Origin: Camelus ferus
Taxonomy: Eukaryota
Length of the DNA stretch: 64,000 bases
Reading direction: 5' to 3'
Assembly: GCF_009834535.1 (NCBI RefSeq)
Contig: NC_045697.1
Span: forward strand, 119,414,001-119,478,000
Shown here: one piece after another, positions 42,355 through 56,750 of the stretch
Position numbering within the stretch: position 1 is the first letter of the stretch
How the letters are laid out: every line of letters starts with the position of its first letter
Notes under the pieces: generated by a model
Database searches by the model: none
Told to the model about the DNA's origin: nothing
What the model saw: the letters and a program-made list of their open reading frames with translations, nothing else
Translations under genes and position numbers: made by a program

Positions 42355-45300
42355 TCCCTTTGTTTTAGATGAACAAACGACTCTCCACAACCTCATTTCA
42401 GAGAGATAATGGTGTTTCAAAGACGTCCTTCACCTAGAATGTAGGGAACAAAAAGGTTCTTTTCATTTGCAAACACCACTCCATTCATATATACGGGGAG
42501 GTACAAGCTCCAACTCCGTTTTACAGTGAAAACTGCAGGAACTTCTAACCGGCACTAGGAAACAGACTGAGAAACCAGTGTAAAAGTTTCTTCTGCAAAC
42601 CGTTCCCTTTGTGCTAGATGAAAGAACGTCTCTCCTCATGCTCAGTTCTGAGAGGTAAGTGGTGTGAAAGCCGTCCTTCATTTAACTTGTTGGGAACACA
42701 AAGTTTCTTTTCAGGTGCAAACTCCAATCCATACTTATATATGGGGAGGGTACTAGCTCCAACTCGGTTTTACAGTGAAAACTGCAGGAACTTCTAAACG
42801 GCACTAGGAAACAGACTGAGAAACCAGTGTAAAAGTTTCCCCTGCATACCGTTCCTTTTGTGCTAGATGAACGTACGTCTCTCCGCATGCTCATTTCTGA
42901 GAGATAAGGGTGTGTGAAAGCCGTCCTTTACCTAGCTTGTTGGGAACAAAAAGTTTCTTTTCGGTTGCAAAATTCTGTCCATACGTATATATGGGGAGGA
43001 ACCAGCTCCAACTCTGCTTTAAAGTGAAAACTGCAGGAAAATCCAACCGGAACTAGGAAACAGACTGAGAAATCATAGTAATAGTTTCTCTTGCAACCAG
43101 TTCCATTTCTGTTAGATAAACGAACTTCTCTCCCCATGCTCATGTCTGAGAGATATGTGTGTGTGAAAGCCGTAGTTCAACTAGCTTGTTGGGAAAACAA
43201 AGATACTTTTCAATTGCAAACTAAAATCCATACATTTATATGGGTAGGTACTATCTCCAACAGGGTTTTAAAGTGAAAAATGCAGGAAATTGAAAACAAC
43301 TCTAGGAAACAGACTGAGAAACCACAGTAAATTTTCTCCTGCAAACATTTTCCTTTGTGCTAGATGAACGAAAGTCTTTCCCCATGCTCAGTTCTGAGAG
43401 ATAAGGGTGTGTGAAACCGTCCTTCACATAGCTTCTTGGGAACAGAAAGTTTCAGTTCAGTTGCAAAGTAAATTCCATCCATATATATGGGTATGTAAGA
43501 GATCCAATTCGGTTTTACAGTGAAAAATGGGGGAATATCAAACCGGCACAAGGAAACAGACTGAGAACCCAGAGTAAAAGTTTCTCCTGCAACCCGAACC
43601 ATTTGTGCGAGATGAACGAATTTCTCTCCACATGCACTGTTATGAAATATAATTGTGAGTGAAAACCGTCCTTCACATAGCTTTTTGGGAACACAAAGTT
43701 TCTTTTCATTTGCAAACTCCACTCCATACATATATATGGGGAGGTACTAGCTCCCAATCGTGTTTAAAGTGAAAACTGCAGGAAATTCAATCTGGAACAA
43801 TGAAACAAACTGAGAAAACAGATCAAAAGTTTATACAGTAACCACTTCCCTTTGTATACATGAACGAACTTCTTTCCACATTCTCAGTTCTGAGAGATAA
43901 CTGTGTGTGAAAGCCGTAGTTTACCTAGCTTGTTGGGAACACAAATTTGCTTTTCAGTTGCAAACTACACTCCATACATATATGTGGGGAGGTACAATCT
44001 CCACCTCGATTTTACAGTGAAAACTGCAGGAAATTCAAATGGAATCTAGGAAAAATACTGAGAAACCAGAGTAATAATTTCTCCTGCAAAACAATCCGTT
44101 TGTGCAAGATGAACGAAAGTCTCACCCCATGCTCATTTCTGAGAGATAAGTGTGTGTGAAAGCCGTCTTTCCCTAGCTTGTTGGGAACACAAAGTATATT
44201 TTAAGTTGCAAACTACACTCCATACATATATATGGGGAGGTACTAGCTCCAACTAGGTTTTACATTGAAAACTGTAGGAACTTCAAACCGGTACTATGAA
44301 AAATACTGAGAAACCAGGGTAAAAGTTTATACTGCAACCTGTTCCCTTTGTTCTAGATGAACAAAGGTCTCTCCACAACCTCATTTCAGAGAGATAATGG
44401 TGTTTGAAAGACGTCCTTCACCTAGAATGTTGGGAACAAAAAGGTTCTTTTCATTTGCAAACTCCACTCCATTCATATATACGGGGAGGTACAAGCTCCA
44501 ACTCCGTTTTACAGTGAAAACTGCAGGAACTTCTAACCGGCACTAGGAAACAGACTGAGAAACCAGTGTAAAAGTTTCTTCTGCAAACCGTTCCCTTTGT
44601 GCTAGATGAAAGAACGACTCTCCTCATGCTCAGTTCTGAGAGGTAAGAGGTGTGAAAGCCGTCCTTCATTTAACTTGTTGGGAACACAAAGTTTCTTTTA
44701 AGGTGCAAACTCCAATCCATACATATATATGGGGAGGTACTAGCTCCAATTCGGTTTTACAGTGAAACTGCAGGAACTTCAAACTGGCACCAGGAAACAG
44801 ACTGAGAAACCAAAGTTAAAGTTTCCCCTGCATACCGTTCCTTTTGTGCTAGATGAACGTACGTCTCTCCGCATGCTCATTTCTGAGAGATAAGTGTGTG
44901 TGAAAGCCGTCCTTTACCTAGCTTGTTGGGAACAAAAAGTTTCTTTTCGGTTGCAAAATTCTGTCCATACGTATATATGGGGAGGAACCAGCTTCAACTC
45001 TGCTTTACAGTGAAAACTGCAGGAAAATCCAACCGGAAATAGGAAACAGACTGAGAAATCATAGTAATAGTTTCTCTTGCAACCAGTTCCATTTCTGTTA
45101 GATAAACGAACTTCTCTCCCCATGCTCATGTCTGAGAGATATGTGTGTGTGAAAGCCGTAGTTCAACTAGCTTGTTGGGAAAACAAAGTTACTTTTCAAT
45201 TGCAAACTAAAATCCATACATTTATATGGGTAGGTACTATCTCCAACAGGGTTTTACAGTGAAAAATACAGGAAATTGGAAACAACTGTAGGAAACAGAC

Positions 45301-46320
45301 TGAGAAACCACAGTAAATTTTCTCCTGCAAACATTTTCCTTTGTGCTAGATGAACGAAAGTCTTTCCCCATGCTCAGTTCTGAGAGATAAGAGTGTGTGA
45401 AACCGTCCTTCACATAGCTTGTTGGGAACAGAAAGTTTCTGTTCAGTTGCAAACTAAATTCCATCCATATATATGGGGAGGTAAGAGATCCAATTCGGTT
45501 TTACAGTGAAAAATGTGGGAATATCAAACCGGCACAAGGAAACAGACTGAGAACCCAGAGTAAAAGTTTCTCCTGCAACCCGATCCATTTGTGCGAAATG
45601 AACGAATTTCTCTCCACATGCACTGTTATGAAATATAATTGTGAGTGAAAACCGTCCTTCACCTAGATTGTTGGGGACACAGTTTCTTTTCATTTGCAAA
45701 CTCCACTCCATACATATATATGGGGAAGTACTAGCTCCCAATCGGGTTTAAAGTGAAAACTGCAGGAAATTCAAACTGGAACAATGAAACAGACTGAGAA
45801 AACAGAGCCAAAGTTTATACAGCAACCATTTCCCTTTGTATACATGAACGAAATTCTTTCCACATTGTCAGTTCTGAGAGATAACTGAGTTTGAAAGCCG
45901 TACTTAACCTTGTTTGTTGGGAACACAAAATTTCTTTTCAGCTGCAAACTACACTCCATACATATATATGGGGAGGTACAATTTCCACCTCGATTTTACA
46001 GTGAAAACTGCAGGAAATTCAAATGGAATCTAGGAAAAATACTGAGAAACCAGAGTAATAATTTCTCCTGCAAACAGTTCCGTTTGTGCAAGATGAACGA
46101 AAGTCTCACCCCATGCTCATTTCTGAGAGATAAGTGTGTGTGAAAGCCGTCTTTCACCTAGCTTGTTGGGAACACAAAGTATATTTTAAGTTGCAAACTA
46201 CACTCCATACATATATATGGGGAGGTACTAGTTCCAACTAGGTTTTACATTGAAAACTGTAGGAACTTCAAACCGGTACTATGAAAAATACTGAGAAACC
46301 AGAGTAAAAGTTTCTACTGC
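42355..46320 (+). repeat. Second 8-monomer tandem duplication (~1987 bp x2), more diverged
   Basis: Similar ORFs at 42463/44451 (1988), 42928/44914 and 43091/45077 (1986). Junction monomer switches type at ~44335. Confidence 0.85.
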
Positions 46321-49300
46321 AACCCTTTCCATTTATGCTTGATGAACGTATGTCTCTCCCCATGCTCAATTCTGAGAGATAAATGTGTGTGAAAGCCGTT
46401 CTTCACCTAGATTTTTGGGAACACAAAGTTTCTTTTCAGTTTCATAATACAATCCATAAATATATTTGAGGAGGTAAAACTCCAACTCCGTTTTACAGTG
46501 AAAACTGCAGGAATTATAAAAGGGGCTAGGAAACAGACTGAGAAACCTGTGAAAATTTTCTCCTTCAACAAGTTCCCGTTGTGCTAGATGAATGAACGTC
46601 TCTCCACATGTTCATTTCTGTGAGGTAAGTGTGTGTGAAAGCAGTCATTCACCTAGCATGTTATGACACAAAGTTTCTTTAGAGATGCAAACTACACTCC
46701 ATACATATATATGTGTATGTACAATTTCCAACACGGTTTAAAGTGAAAACTTCAGGAAATTCAAACTGCCATTTGTAAACAAACTGAGAAAACAGACTAA
46801 AAGTTTTTCCTTAAAACGGTTCCCTTTTTGCTAGATGAACGAACGTGTCAGCACATGCTAAGTTCTGAGAAATATATGTGTGTATGAAAGCCGTCCTTCA
46901 CCTAGCTTGTTGGGAACACAATGTTTCTTTTCAGGTGCAAACTAAACTCAAAACTTATATACGGGTGGTAAAAGCTGCAAATCCGTTTTACAGTGAAAAC
47001 TGCAGGAACTTCAAACCGGCACTAGGAAAATGACTGAGAAACCAGAGTAATAATTTCTCCTGCAAACCGTTCCATTTGTGCTGGATGAACGAAAGTCTCT
47101 CCACATGCTAAGTTCTGAGAGATAACTGTGTATGAAAGCCATCCTTCAAATAGTTTGTTGGGAAAACAAAGATTCTTTAACTTACCAACTTCACTCCATA
47201 CATATATATTTGTGCTACAAGTTCCAACACCGTTTTACAGTGAAAACTGCAGGAACTTCAAACCGGCACTAGGAAACATAATGAGAAACCAGAGTAAAAC
47301 TTTCTCCTACAAACCGTTCCATGTGGTAGATGAACGAAAGTATCTCTACATGCACTCTTATGAGATATAAGTGTGTGTGAAAGCCTTACTTCACTTTGCT
47401 TTTTGGGAACACAAAGATCGTTTCCAGTTGCAAACAACTCTCCATAAATATATATGGGGAGGTACTAGCTCCAACTCCGTTTTACAGTGAAAACTGCTGG
47501 AATTTCAAACAGGCAATAGGAAACAGACAGAGAAACCAGAGTAAAAGATTCTCCTGCATACCGTTCCCTTTGTGCTAGATGAACGAACGTCTCTCCCCAT
47601 GCTCATTCCTGAGAGATAAGTGTGTGTGAAAGCCATTCTTCACCTAGCATGTTGGGAACACAAAGTTTGTTTTCAGTTGCAAACTACACTCCTTATATTT
47701 ATATGGGGACTTACAACTGCATCTCCATTTTACAGTGAAAACAGCAGGAACTTCAAACTGTAACAAGGAAACAGACTGAGAAACCAGAGCAAATGTTTTT
47801 ATGCAAACATTTCACTTTGTGCTGAATGAACAATCTTCTCTCCACATTCTCAGTTCTGAGAGATATGTGTGTGTGAAAGTCCTCCTTCACCTGGCTTGTA
47901 GGAAACACAAAGTTTCTTTTCAGTTGCAAATTACCCTCCATACATACATATGGGGAGGTAGTAGATCCAACTCTTTTACAATGAAAACTGTAGGAAATTC
48001 AAACTGGCACTTGGAAACAGACTGTGAAACTAGAGTAAACTTTTCTCCTGCAACCCGTTCCCTTGGTGCTAGATGAACGAACGTCTCTCCACATGCTCAT
48101 TTCTGAGAGTTAAGTGTTTGTGAAAGCCGTCCTTCACATAGCTTGTTGGGAACACAAAGTTTCTTTCAGGTGCAATCTCCAACCCTTACAGATATATAGG
48201 GAAGTACTACTCTAACTCGGTTTTACAGTGAAAACTGCAGGAAATTCAAACCGGCACTAGGAAACAGACTGAGGAACCAGAGTAAAAATTTCTCCTGCAA
48301 CCTGTTCCCTTTGTGCTAGATGAACAAACGTCTCTCCACATGCTCAGTTCTGAGAGATAAGGGTGTGTGAAAGACGTCCTTCTCCTTGAATGTTGGGAAC
48401 AAAAAGGTTTTTTTCAGTTGCAAACTCCACTCCATTCATATATACGGGGAGTTACAAGCTCCAACTCGGTTTTACAGTGAAAAATGCAGGAACATCAAAC
48501 TGGAACTAGGAAACAGAGTGAGAAACCAGAGTAAAAGTTTCTACTGCAACCATTTCCATTTGTGTTAGATGAACGAACGTCTTACCACATGTTCAGTTCT
48601 GAGAGATAAGTGTTTGTTAAAGCCGTCTTTCAACTAGCTTGTTGAGAACACAAAGTTTCTTTTCAGTTGCTATCCCAACTCCATAAATATATATGGGCAG
48701 GTACTAGTTCCAACTCTGTTTTACAGTGAAAACTGCAGGAACTTCAAACCAGCACTAAGATACAGACTTAGATACCAGAGTAAAAGTTACTCCTGCAACC
48801 TGTTTCCTTTGTGCTAGATGAACGAACGTCTCTCCACATGCTCAGTTCTGAGAGATAATTGTGTGTGAAAGCCGTCCTTCACCTAGCTTGTTGGGAACAC
48901 ATAGTTTCTTTTCAGTTGCAAACACCACACCATACATATATATGCGGAGGTAAGAGATCCAAAACTTTTTTAAAGTGAAAAATGTGGGAATTTCAAACCG
49001 GCACAAGTAAACAGACTGAGAACCCAGAGTAAAAGTTTCTCCTGCAACCCGATCCTTTTGTGCGAGATGAACGAAATTCTCTCCACATGCACTGTTATGA
49101 AATATAATTGTGAGGGAAATCCGTCCTTCACCTAGCTTGTTGGGAACACAAAGTATCTTTTCATTTGCAAATTCCACTCCATACATATATATGGAGAAGT
49201 ACTAGCTCCCAATCGGGTTTAAAGTGAAAACTGCAGGAAATTCAAACTGGAACAATGAAACAGACTGAGAAAACAGAGCAAAAGTTTATACAGCCACCAT

Positions 49301-51049
49301 TTCCCTTTGTGATACATGAACGAAATTCTTTCCACATTCTCAGTTCTGAGAGATAAATGTGTGTGAAAGCCGTACTTTACCTAGCTTGTTGGGAACACAT
49401 AGTTCCTTTTCAGTTGCAAACTACACTCCATACATATATATGGGGAGGTACAATCTCCACCTCTATTTTACAGTGAAAACTGCAGGAACTTCAAATGGAA
49501 TCTAGGTAAAATACTGAGAAATCAGAGTAAGAGTTTCTCCTGCAAACCGTTCCGTTTTTGCAAGATGAACGAAAGTCTCACCCCATGCTCATTTCTCAGA
49601 GATAATTTTGTGTGAAAGCCGTTTTTCACCTGGCTTGTTGGGAACACAAAGTATATTGTAAGTTGCAAACTACACTCCATACCTATATATGGGGAGGTAC
49701 TAGCTCAAACTAGGTTTTACATTGAAAATTGTAGAAACTTCAAACCAGTACTAGGAAAAATACTGAGAAACCAGAGTTAAAGTTTCTACTGCAACCCGTT
49801 CCCTTTTTGCTAGATGAACGAACGTCTCTCCACATGCTCAGTTCTGAGAGATAAATGTGTATGTAAGCCGTCCTTCACCTAGCTTGTTGGGAACACAATG
49901 TTTCTTTCAGTTGCATACTCCACTCCATATATATATATATGGGAAGGGTCTAGCTCCAACTCTGTTTTACAGTGAAAATTGCAGGAAATTCAAACTGGCA
50001 CTAGGAAACAGAATGAGAAACCAGAGTAAAAGTATCTCCTGCAACCCGTTCTCTTGTTGCTAGATGAACGAACGTCTCTCCACATGCTCAGTTCTGAGAG
50101 TTAAGTGTGTTTGAAAGCCGTCCTTCAAATAGCTTGTTGGGAACACAAAGTTTCTTTTCAGGTCCAAACCCCCCTCCATACATTTATATAGGGAGGTACA
50201 ACACCAACTCGGTTTTACAGTGAAAATTGCAGGATGTGCACACCGGCACTAGGAAACAGACTGAGAAGCCAGTGTAAAATTTTCTCCTGCAACCCGTTCC
50301 ATTTGTGCTAGATGAACGAACGTCTCTCCACATGCTCAGTTCTGAGAGATAAGTTTTAGTGAAAGCCGTCCTTCACCTAGCTTTTTGGGAACACAAAGTT
50401 TCTTTCCAGATGCAAACTAGACTCCATACATATATATGGTTAGGTACTGGCTCCAACTCACTTTTACAGTGTAAACTGCAGGAACTTCAAACCAGCACTA
50501 GGAAACAGACTGAGAAACCAGAGTAAAAATTTCTCCTGCAACACGTTCCATTGTGCTAGATGAACGAACGACTCTCCACATGCTCAGTTCTGAGAGATAA
50601 GTGAGTGTGAAAGCCGTCATTCACAAGCTTGTTAGGAAGAAAAAGATTCTTTTCAGTTGCAAACCCACACCATACATATATAACGGGAGGTACTAGATCC
50701 AACACAGTTTTACAGTGAAAAATACAGGAACTTCAATCCAGCACTAGGAAACAGACTTAGAAACCAGAGTAAAAGTTTCTCCTGCAACATTTACCTTTGT
50801 GCTAGATGAACGAACGTCTCTCCACATGCTCATATATGAGAGATAATTTTGTGTGTGAAAGCCGTCCTTCACATATCTTGTTGGGTACTCAAAGTTTCTT
50901 TTCAGTTGCAAACTCCACTCCATACATATATATGGGGAGGCACTAGCTCCAACTCGGTTTTACAGTGAAAACTGCAGGAGCTTCAAACTGGCAATAGGAA
51001 ACAGTCTGAGAAACCAGAGTAATAGTTTCTTCTGGAACCCGTTTGCTTT

Positions 51050-54000
51050 GTGTTAGTTGAACGAAATTCTCTCCAAATGCTCAGTTCTGAGAGATAAGTG
51101 TGTGTGAAAGCCGTACTTCACCTAGCTTGCTGGGAACACAAAGTTTCCTTTCGGGTGCAAAATCCACTCCATACATATATATAGGGAGGTACTAGATCCA
51201 ACTCGTTTTTACAATGAAAACTGTAGGAACTTCAAACTTCCACTTGGAAAAAGACTGTGAAACTAGAGTAATTGTTTATCCTGCACCCCGTTCCCTTGGT
51301 GCTAGATGAACGTACGTCTCTCCACATGCTCATTTCTGAGAGTTAAGTGTGTGTGAAAGCCGTCCTTCACATAGCTTGTTGGGAACACTAAGTTTCTTTC
51401 ATGTGCAAACTCCACTCCATACATATATATAGGGAGGTAATACTCCAACTCAGTTTTACAGTGAAAACTGCAGGAACTTCAAACCGGCACTAGGAAACAG
51501 ACTGAGAAACCAGAGTAAAAGTTTCTCCTGCCACCTGTTCCCTTTGTGCTAGATGAACAAACGTCTCTCCACATGCTCAGTTCAGAGAGATAATGGTGTT
51601 TGAAAGACGTCCTTTACCTAGAATATTGGGAACAAATACGTTCTTTTCAGTTGCAAACTCCACTCCATTCATATATACGGGGAGGTACAAACCCCACCTC
51701 GGGTTTACAGTGAAAACTGCAGGAACTTCAACCCGGCACTAGGATACAGACTGATAAACCAGTGTAAAAATTACTTCTGCAAACCGTTCCCTTTGTGCTA
51801 GATGAAAGAACGTCTCTCCTCATGCTCAGTTCTGAGAGGTAAGTGGTGTGAAAGCCGTCCTTCACTTAACTTGTTGGGAACACAAAGTTTCTTTCCATGT
51901 GCAAACTCCAATCCATACATATATATGGGGAGGTGCTAGCTCCAACTCTGTTTTACAGTGAAACTGCAGGAACTTCAAACTGGCACTTGGAAACAGAATG
52001 AGAAACCAGAGTGAAAGTTTCTCCTGCTACCGGTTCCCTTTGTACAAGATGAACGAATGTCTCTCCCCATGCTCAGTTCTGTGCGAAAATTGTGTGTGAA
52101 AGCAGCCTTCACATAGCTTGTTGGAAACACAAAGATTCTTTTTAGTTGCAAACTACACTCCATTCATATATTAGGGGAGGTACTACATCCAACTCGTTTT
52201 TACTGAAAAAACTGCAGGAAATTCAAACCGGCATAAGGAAATAAACTTAAAATCCAGAGTAAAAGTTTTCCCTGCATACCGTTCCTTTTGTGCTAGATGA
52301 ATGAACGTCTCTCACCATGCTCATTTCTGAGAGATAAGTGTGTGTGAAAGACGTCCTTTACCTAGCTTGTTGGGAACAAAAAGTTTCTTTTCGGTTACAA
52401 AATTCTGTCCATACATATATATGGGGAGGAACCAGCTCCAAATCTGTTTTACAGTGAAAACTGCAGGAAAATCCATCCCCAACTAGGAAACAGACTGAGA
52501 AATCATAGTAATAGTTTCTCTTGCAACCAGTTCCATTTCTGTTAGATAAACGAACTTCTCTCCCCATGCTCATGTCTGAGAGATATGTGTGTGTGAAAGC
52601 CGTAGTTCAACTAGCTTGTTGGGAAAACAAAGATACTTTTCAATTGCAAACTAAAATCCATACATTTATATGGGTAGGTACTATCTCCAACAGGATTTTA
52701 CAGTGAAAAATGCAGGAAATTTAAAAACAACTCTAGGAAACAGACTGAGAAACCACAGTAAATTTTCCCCTGCAAACATTTTCCTTTGTGCTAGATGAAC
52801 GAAAGTCTTTCCCCATGCTCAGTTCTGAGAGATAAGAGAGTGTGAAACCGTCCTTCACATAGCTTGTTGGGAACAGAAAGTTTCTGTTCAGTTGCAAATT
52901 AATTCCATACATATATCTGGGGAGGTAAGAGATCCAATTCAGTTTTACCGTGAAAAATGAGGGAATTCCAAACCGGCACATGTAAACAGACTGAGAACCC
53001 AGAGTAAAAATTTCTCCTGCAACCTGATCCATTTGTGCGAGATGAACGAAATTCTCTCCACATGCACTGTTATGAAATATAATTGTGAGTGAAATCCGTC
53101 CTTCACCTAGCTTGTTGGGAACACAAAGTTTCTTTTCATTGGCCAACTCCACTCCTTTCATATATATGGGGAAGTACTAGCTCCCAATCGGGTTTAAAGT
53201 GAAAACTGCAGGAAATTCAAACTGGAACAATGAAACAGACTGAGAAAACAGAGCAAAAGTTTATACAGCAAACATTTCCCTTTGTGATACATGAACGAAA
53301 TTCTTTCCAAAATCTCATTTCTGAGACGATAACTGTGTGTGAAAGCCATACTTTACCTAGCTTGTTGGGAACACAAAGTTTCTTTTCAGTTGCAAACTAC
53401 ACTCCATACATATATATGGGGAGGTACAATTTCCACCTAGATTTACAGTGAAAACTGCAGGAACTTCAAATGGAATCCAGGTAAAATACTGAGAAACCAG
53501 AGTAATAGTTTCTCCTGCAAACCGTTCCATTTGTGCAAGATGAATGAAAGTCTCTCCCCATGCTCAATTCTGAGAGATATGTGTGTGTGAAAGCCGTTCT
53601 TCACCTAGATTTTTGTGAACACATAGTTTCTTTTCAGTTGCATACTACACTCCATACATATATTTGTGGAGGTAACACTCCAACTCCGTTTTACAGTGAA
53701 AACTGCAGGAATTACAAAAGGCGCTAGGAAAAAGACTGAGAAACCTGTGAAAATTTTCTCCTGCAACGAGTTCCCGTTGTGCTAGATGAATGAACGTCTC
53801 TCCACATGTTCATTTCTGTGTGGTAAGTGTGTGTGAAAGCAGTCATTCACCTAGCATGTTCTGACACAAAGTATCTTTAGAGTTGCAAACTACACTCCAT
53901 ACATATATATGTGTATATACAATTTCCAACACGGTTTAAAGTGAAAACTTCAGGAAATTCAAACTGCCATTTGTAAACAAACTGAGAAAACACAGTAAAA

Positions 54001-56750
54001 GGTTTTCCTTCAAACGGTTCCCTTTTTGCTAGATGAACGAACGTGTCAGCACATGCTAAGGTCTGAGAAATATATGTGTGTATGAAAGCCGTCCTTCACC
54101 TAGCTTGTTGGGAACACATAGTTTCTTTACTGTTGCAAACTAAACTCAATACTTATATATGGTTGGTACTAGCTGCAACTCCGTTTTACAGTGAAAACTG
54201 CAGGAACTTCAAACCGGCACTAGGAAAATGACTGAGAAACCAGAGTAAAAGTTTCTCCTGCAACCCGTTCCCTTTGTGCTAGATGAACGAAAGTCTCTCC
54301 AAATGCTCAGTTCTGAGAGATAACTGTGTGTGAAAGCCGTACTTCACCTAGCTTGCTGGGAACACAATGTTCCTTTTGGGTGCAAAATCCTCTCCATACA
54401 TATATATAGGGAGGTAATAGATCCAACTCGGTTTTACAATGAAAACTGTAGGAACTTCAAACTGGCACTTGGAAACAGACAGTGAAACTAGAGTAAACGT
54501 TTCCCTGCAACCCGTTCACTTGGTGCTAGATGAACGAACGTCTCTCCACATGCTCATTTCTGAGAGTTAAGTGTGTGTGAAAGCCGTCCTTCACATAGCT
54601 TGTTGGGAACACAAAGTTTCTTTCATGTGCAAACTCCACTCCATACATATATATAGGGAGGTAATACTCCAACTCGGTTTTACAGTGAAAACTGCAGGAA
54701 TTTCAAACTGGCACTAGGAAACAGACTGAGAATCCAGAGTAAAAGTTTCTCCTGCAACCTGTTCCGTTTGAGCTAGATGAACAAAAGTCTCTCCACATGC
54801 TCAGTTCAGAGAGATAATGGTGTGTGAAAGACGTACTTCACCTAGAATGTTGGGAACAAAAAGGTTCTTTTCATTTGCAAACTCCACTCCATTCATATAT
54901 ATGGGGAGGTACAAGCTCCAACTCGGATTTACAGTGAAAACTGCAGTAACATCAAACCAGCACTAGGAAACAGACTGAGAAACCAGTGTAAAAGTTTCTT
55001 CTGCAAACCTTTCCCTTTGTGCTAGATGAAAGAACGTCTCTCCTCATGCTCAGTTCTGAGAGGTAAGTGGTGTGAAAGCCGTCCTTCACTTAACTTGTTG
55101 GGAACACAAAGATTCTTTTCAGGTGCAAACTCCAATCCATACATATATATGGGGAGGTACTAGCTCCAACTCGGTTTTACAGTGAAACTGCAGGAACTTC
55201 AAACTGGCACTAGGAAACAGACTGAGAAACCTGAGTTAAAGTTTCTCCTGCTACCGTTTCCCTTTGTACTAGATGAACGGATGTCTCTCCCCATGCTCAG
55301 TTCTGTGTGAAAAGTGTGTGTGAAAGCCGCCTTCACATAGCTTGTTTGAAACACAAAGATACTTTTTTGTTGCAAACTACACTCCATTCATATATTAGGG
55401 GAGGTACTACATTCAACTCGTTTCTACTGAAAAACCTGCATGAAATTCAATCCGGCATCAGGGAAATACCTGAGAATCCAGAGTAAAAGTTTCCCCTGCA
55501 TACCGTTCTTTTGTGCTAGATGAACGAACGTCTCTCCCCATGCTCATTTCTGAGAGATAAGTGTGTGTTAAAGCCGTCCTTTACCTAGCTTGTTGGGAAC
55601 AAAAAGTTTCTTTTCGGTTGCAAAATTCTGTCCATACGTATATATGGGGAGGAACCAGCTCCAACTCTGCTTTACAGTGAAAGCTGCAGGAAAATCCAAC
55701 CCCAACTAGGAAACAGACTGAGAAATCATAGTAATAATTTCTCTTGCAACCAGTTCCATTTCTGTTAGATAAACGAACTTCTCTCCCCATACTCATGTCT
55801 GAGAGATATGTGTGTGTGAAAGCCGTAGTTCAACTAGCTTGTTGGGAAAACAAAGTTACTTTTCAATTGCAAACTAAAATCCATACATTTATATGGGTAG
55901 GTACTATCTCCAACAGGGTTTTACAGTGAAAAATGCAGGAAATTGAAAACAACTCTAGGAAACAGACTGAGAAACCACAGTAAATTTTCTCCTGCAAATA
56001 TTTTCCTTTGTGCTAGATGAACGAAAGTCTTTCCCCATGCTCAGTTCTGAGAGATAAGAGTGTGTGAAACCGTCCTTCACATAGCTTGTTGGGAACAGAA
56101 AGTTCCTTTTCAGTTGCAAACTAAATTCCATCCATATATATGGGGAGGTAAGAGATCCAATTCGGTTTTACAGTAAAAATGGGGGAATATCACACCGGCA
56201 CAAGGAAACAGACTGAGAACCCAGAGTAAAGTTTCTCCTGCAACCCGATCCATTTGTGCGAGATGAACGAAATTCTCTCCACATGCACTGTTATGATATA
56301 TAATTGTGAGTGAAATCCGTCCTTCACCTAGCTTGTTGGGAACACAAGTTTCTTTTCATTTGCAATCTCCACTCCATACATATATATGGGGAAGTACTAG
56401 CTCCCAATCGGGTTTAAAGTGAAAACTGCAGGAAATTCAAACTTGAACAATGAAACAGACTGAGAAAACAGAGCAAAAGTTTATATAGCAACCATTTCCC
56501 TTTGTATACATGAACGAATTTCTTTCCACATTCTCAGTTCTGAGAGATAACTGAGTGTGAATGCCGTACTTTACCTAGCTTGTTGGGAACACAAAGTTTC
56601 TTTTCAGTTGCAAACTAGACTCCATACGTATATATGGGGAGGTAAAATCTCCACCTCGATTTTACAGTGAAAACTGCAGGAAGTGCAAATGGAATCTAGG
56701 AAAAATACTGAGAAACCAGAGTAATAATTTCTCCAGCAAACAGTTCCATT
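51050..56750 (+). repeat. 13-monomer variant HOR (~3224 bp), one full and one partial diverged copy
   Basis: Similar ORFs at 51975/55199, 52358/55581 and 52521/55744 (offsets 3223-3224). Includes a monomer with ccattcatatattaggggaggtactacat that is absent from the 28-mer. Confidence 0.85.
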
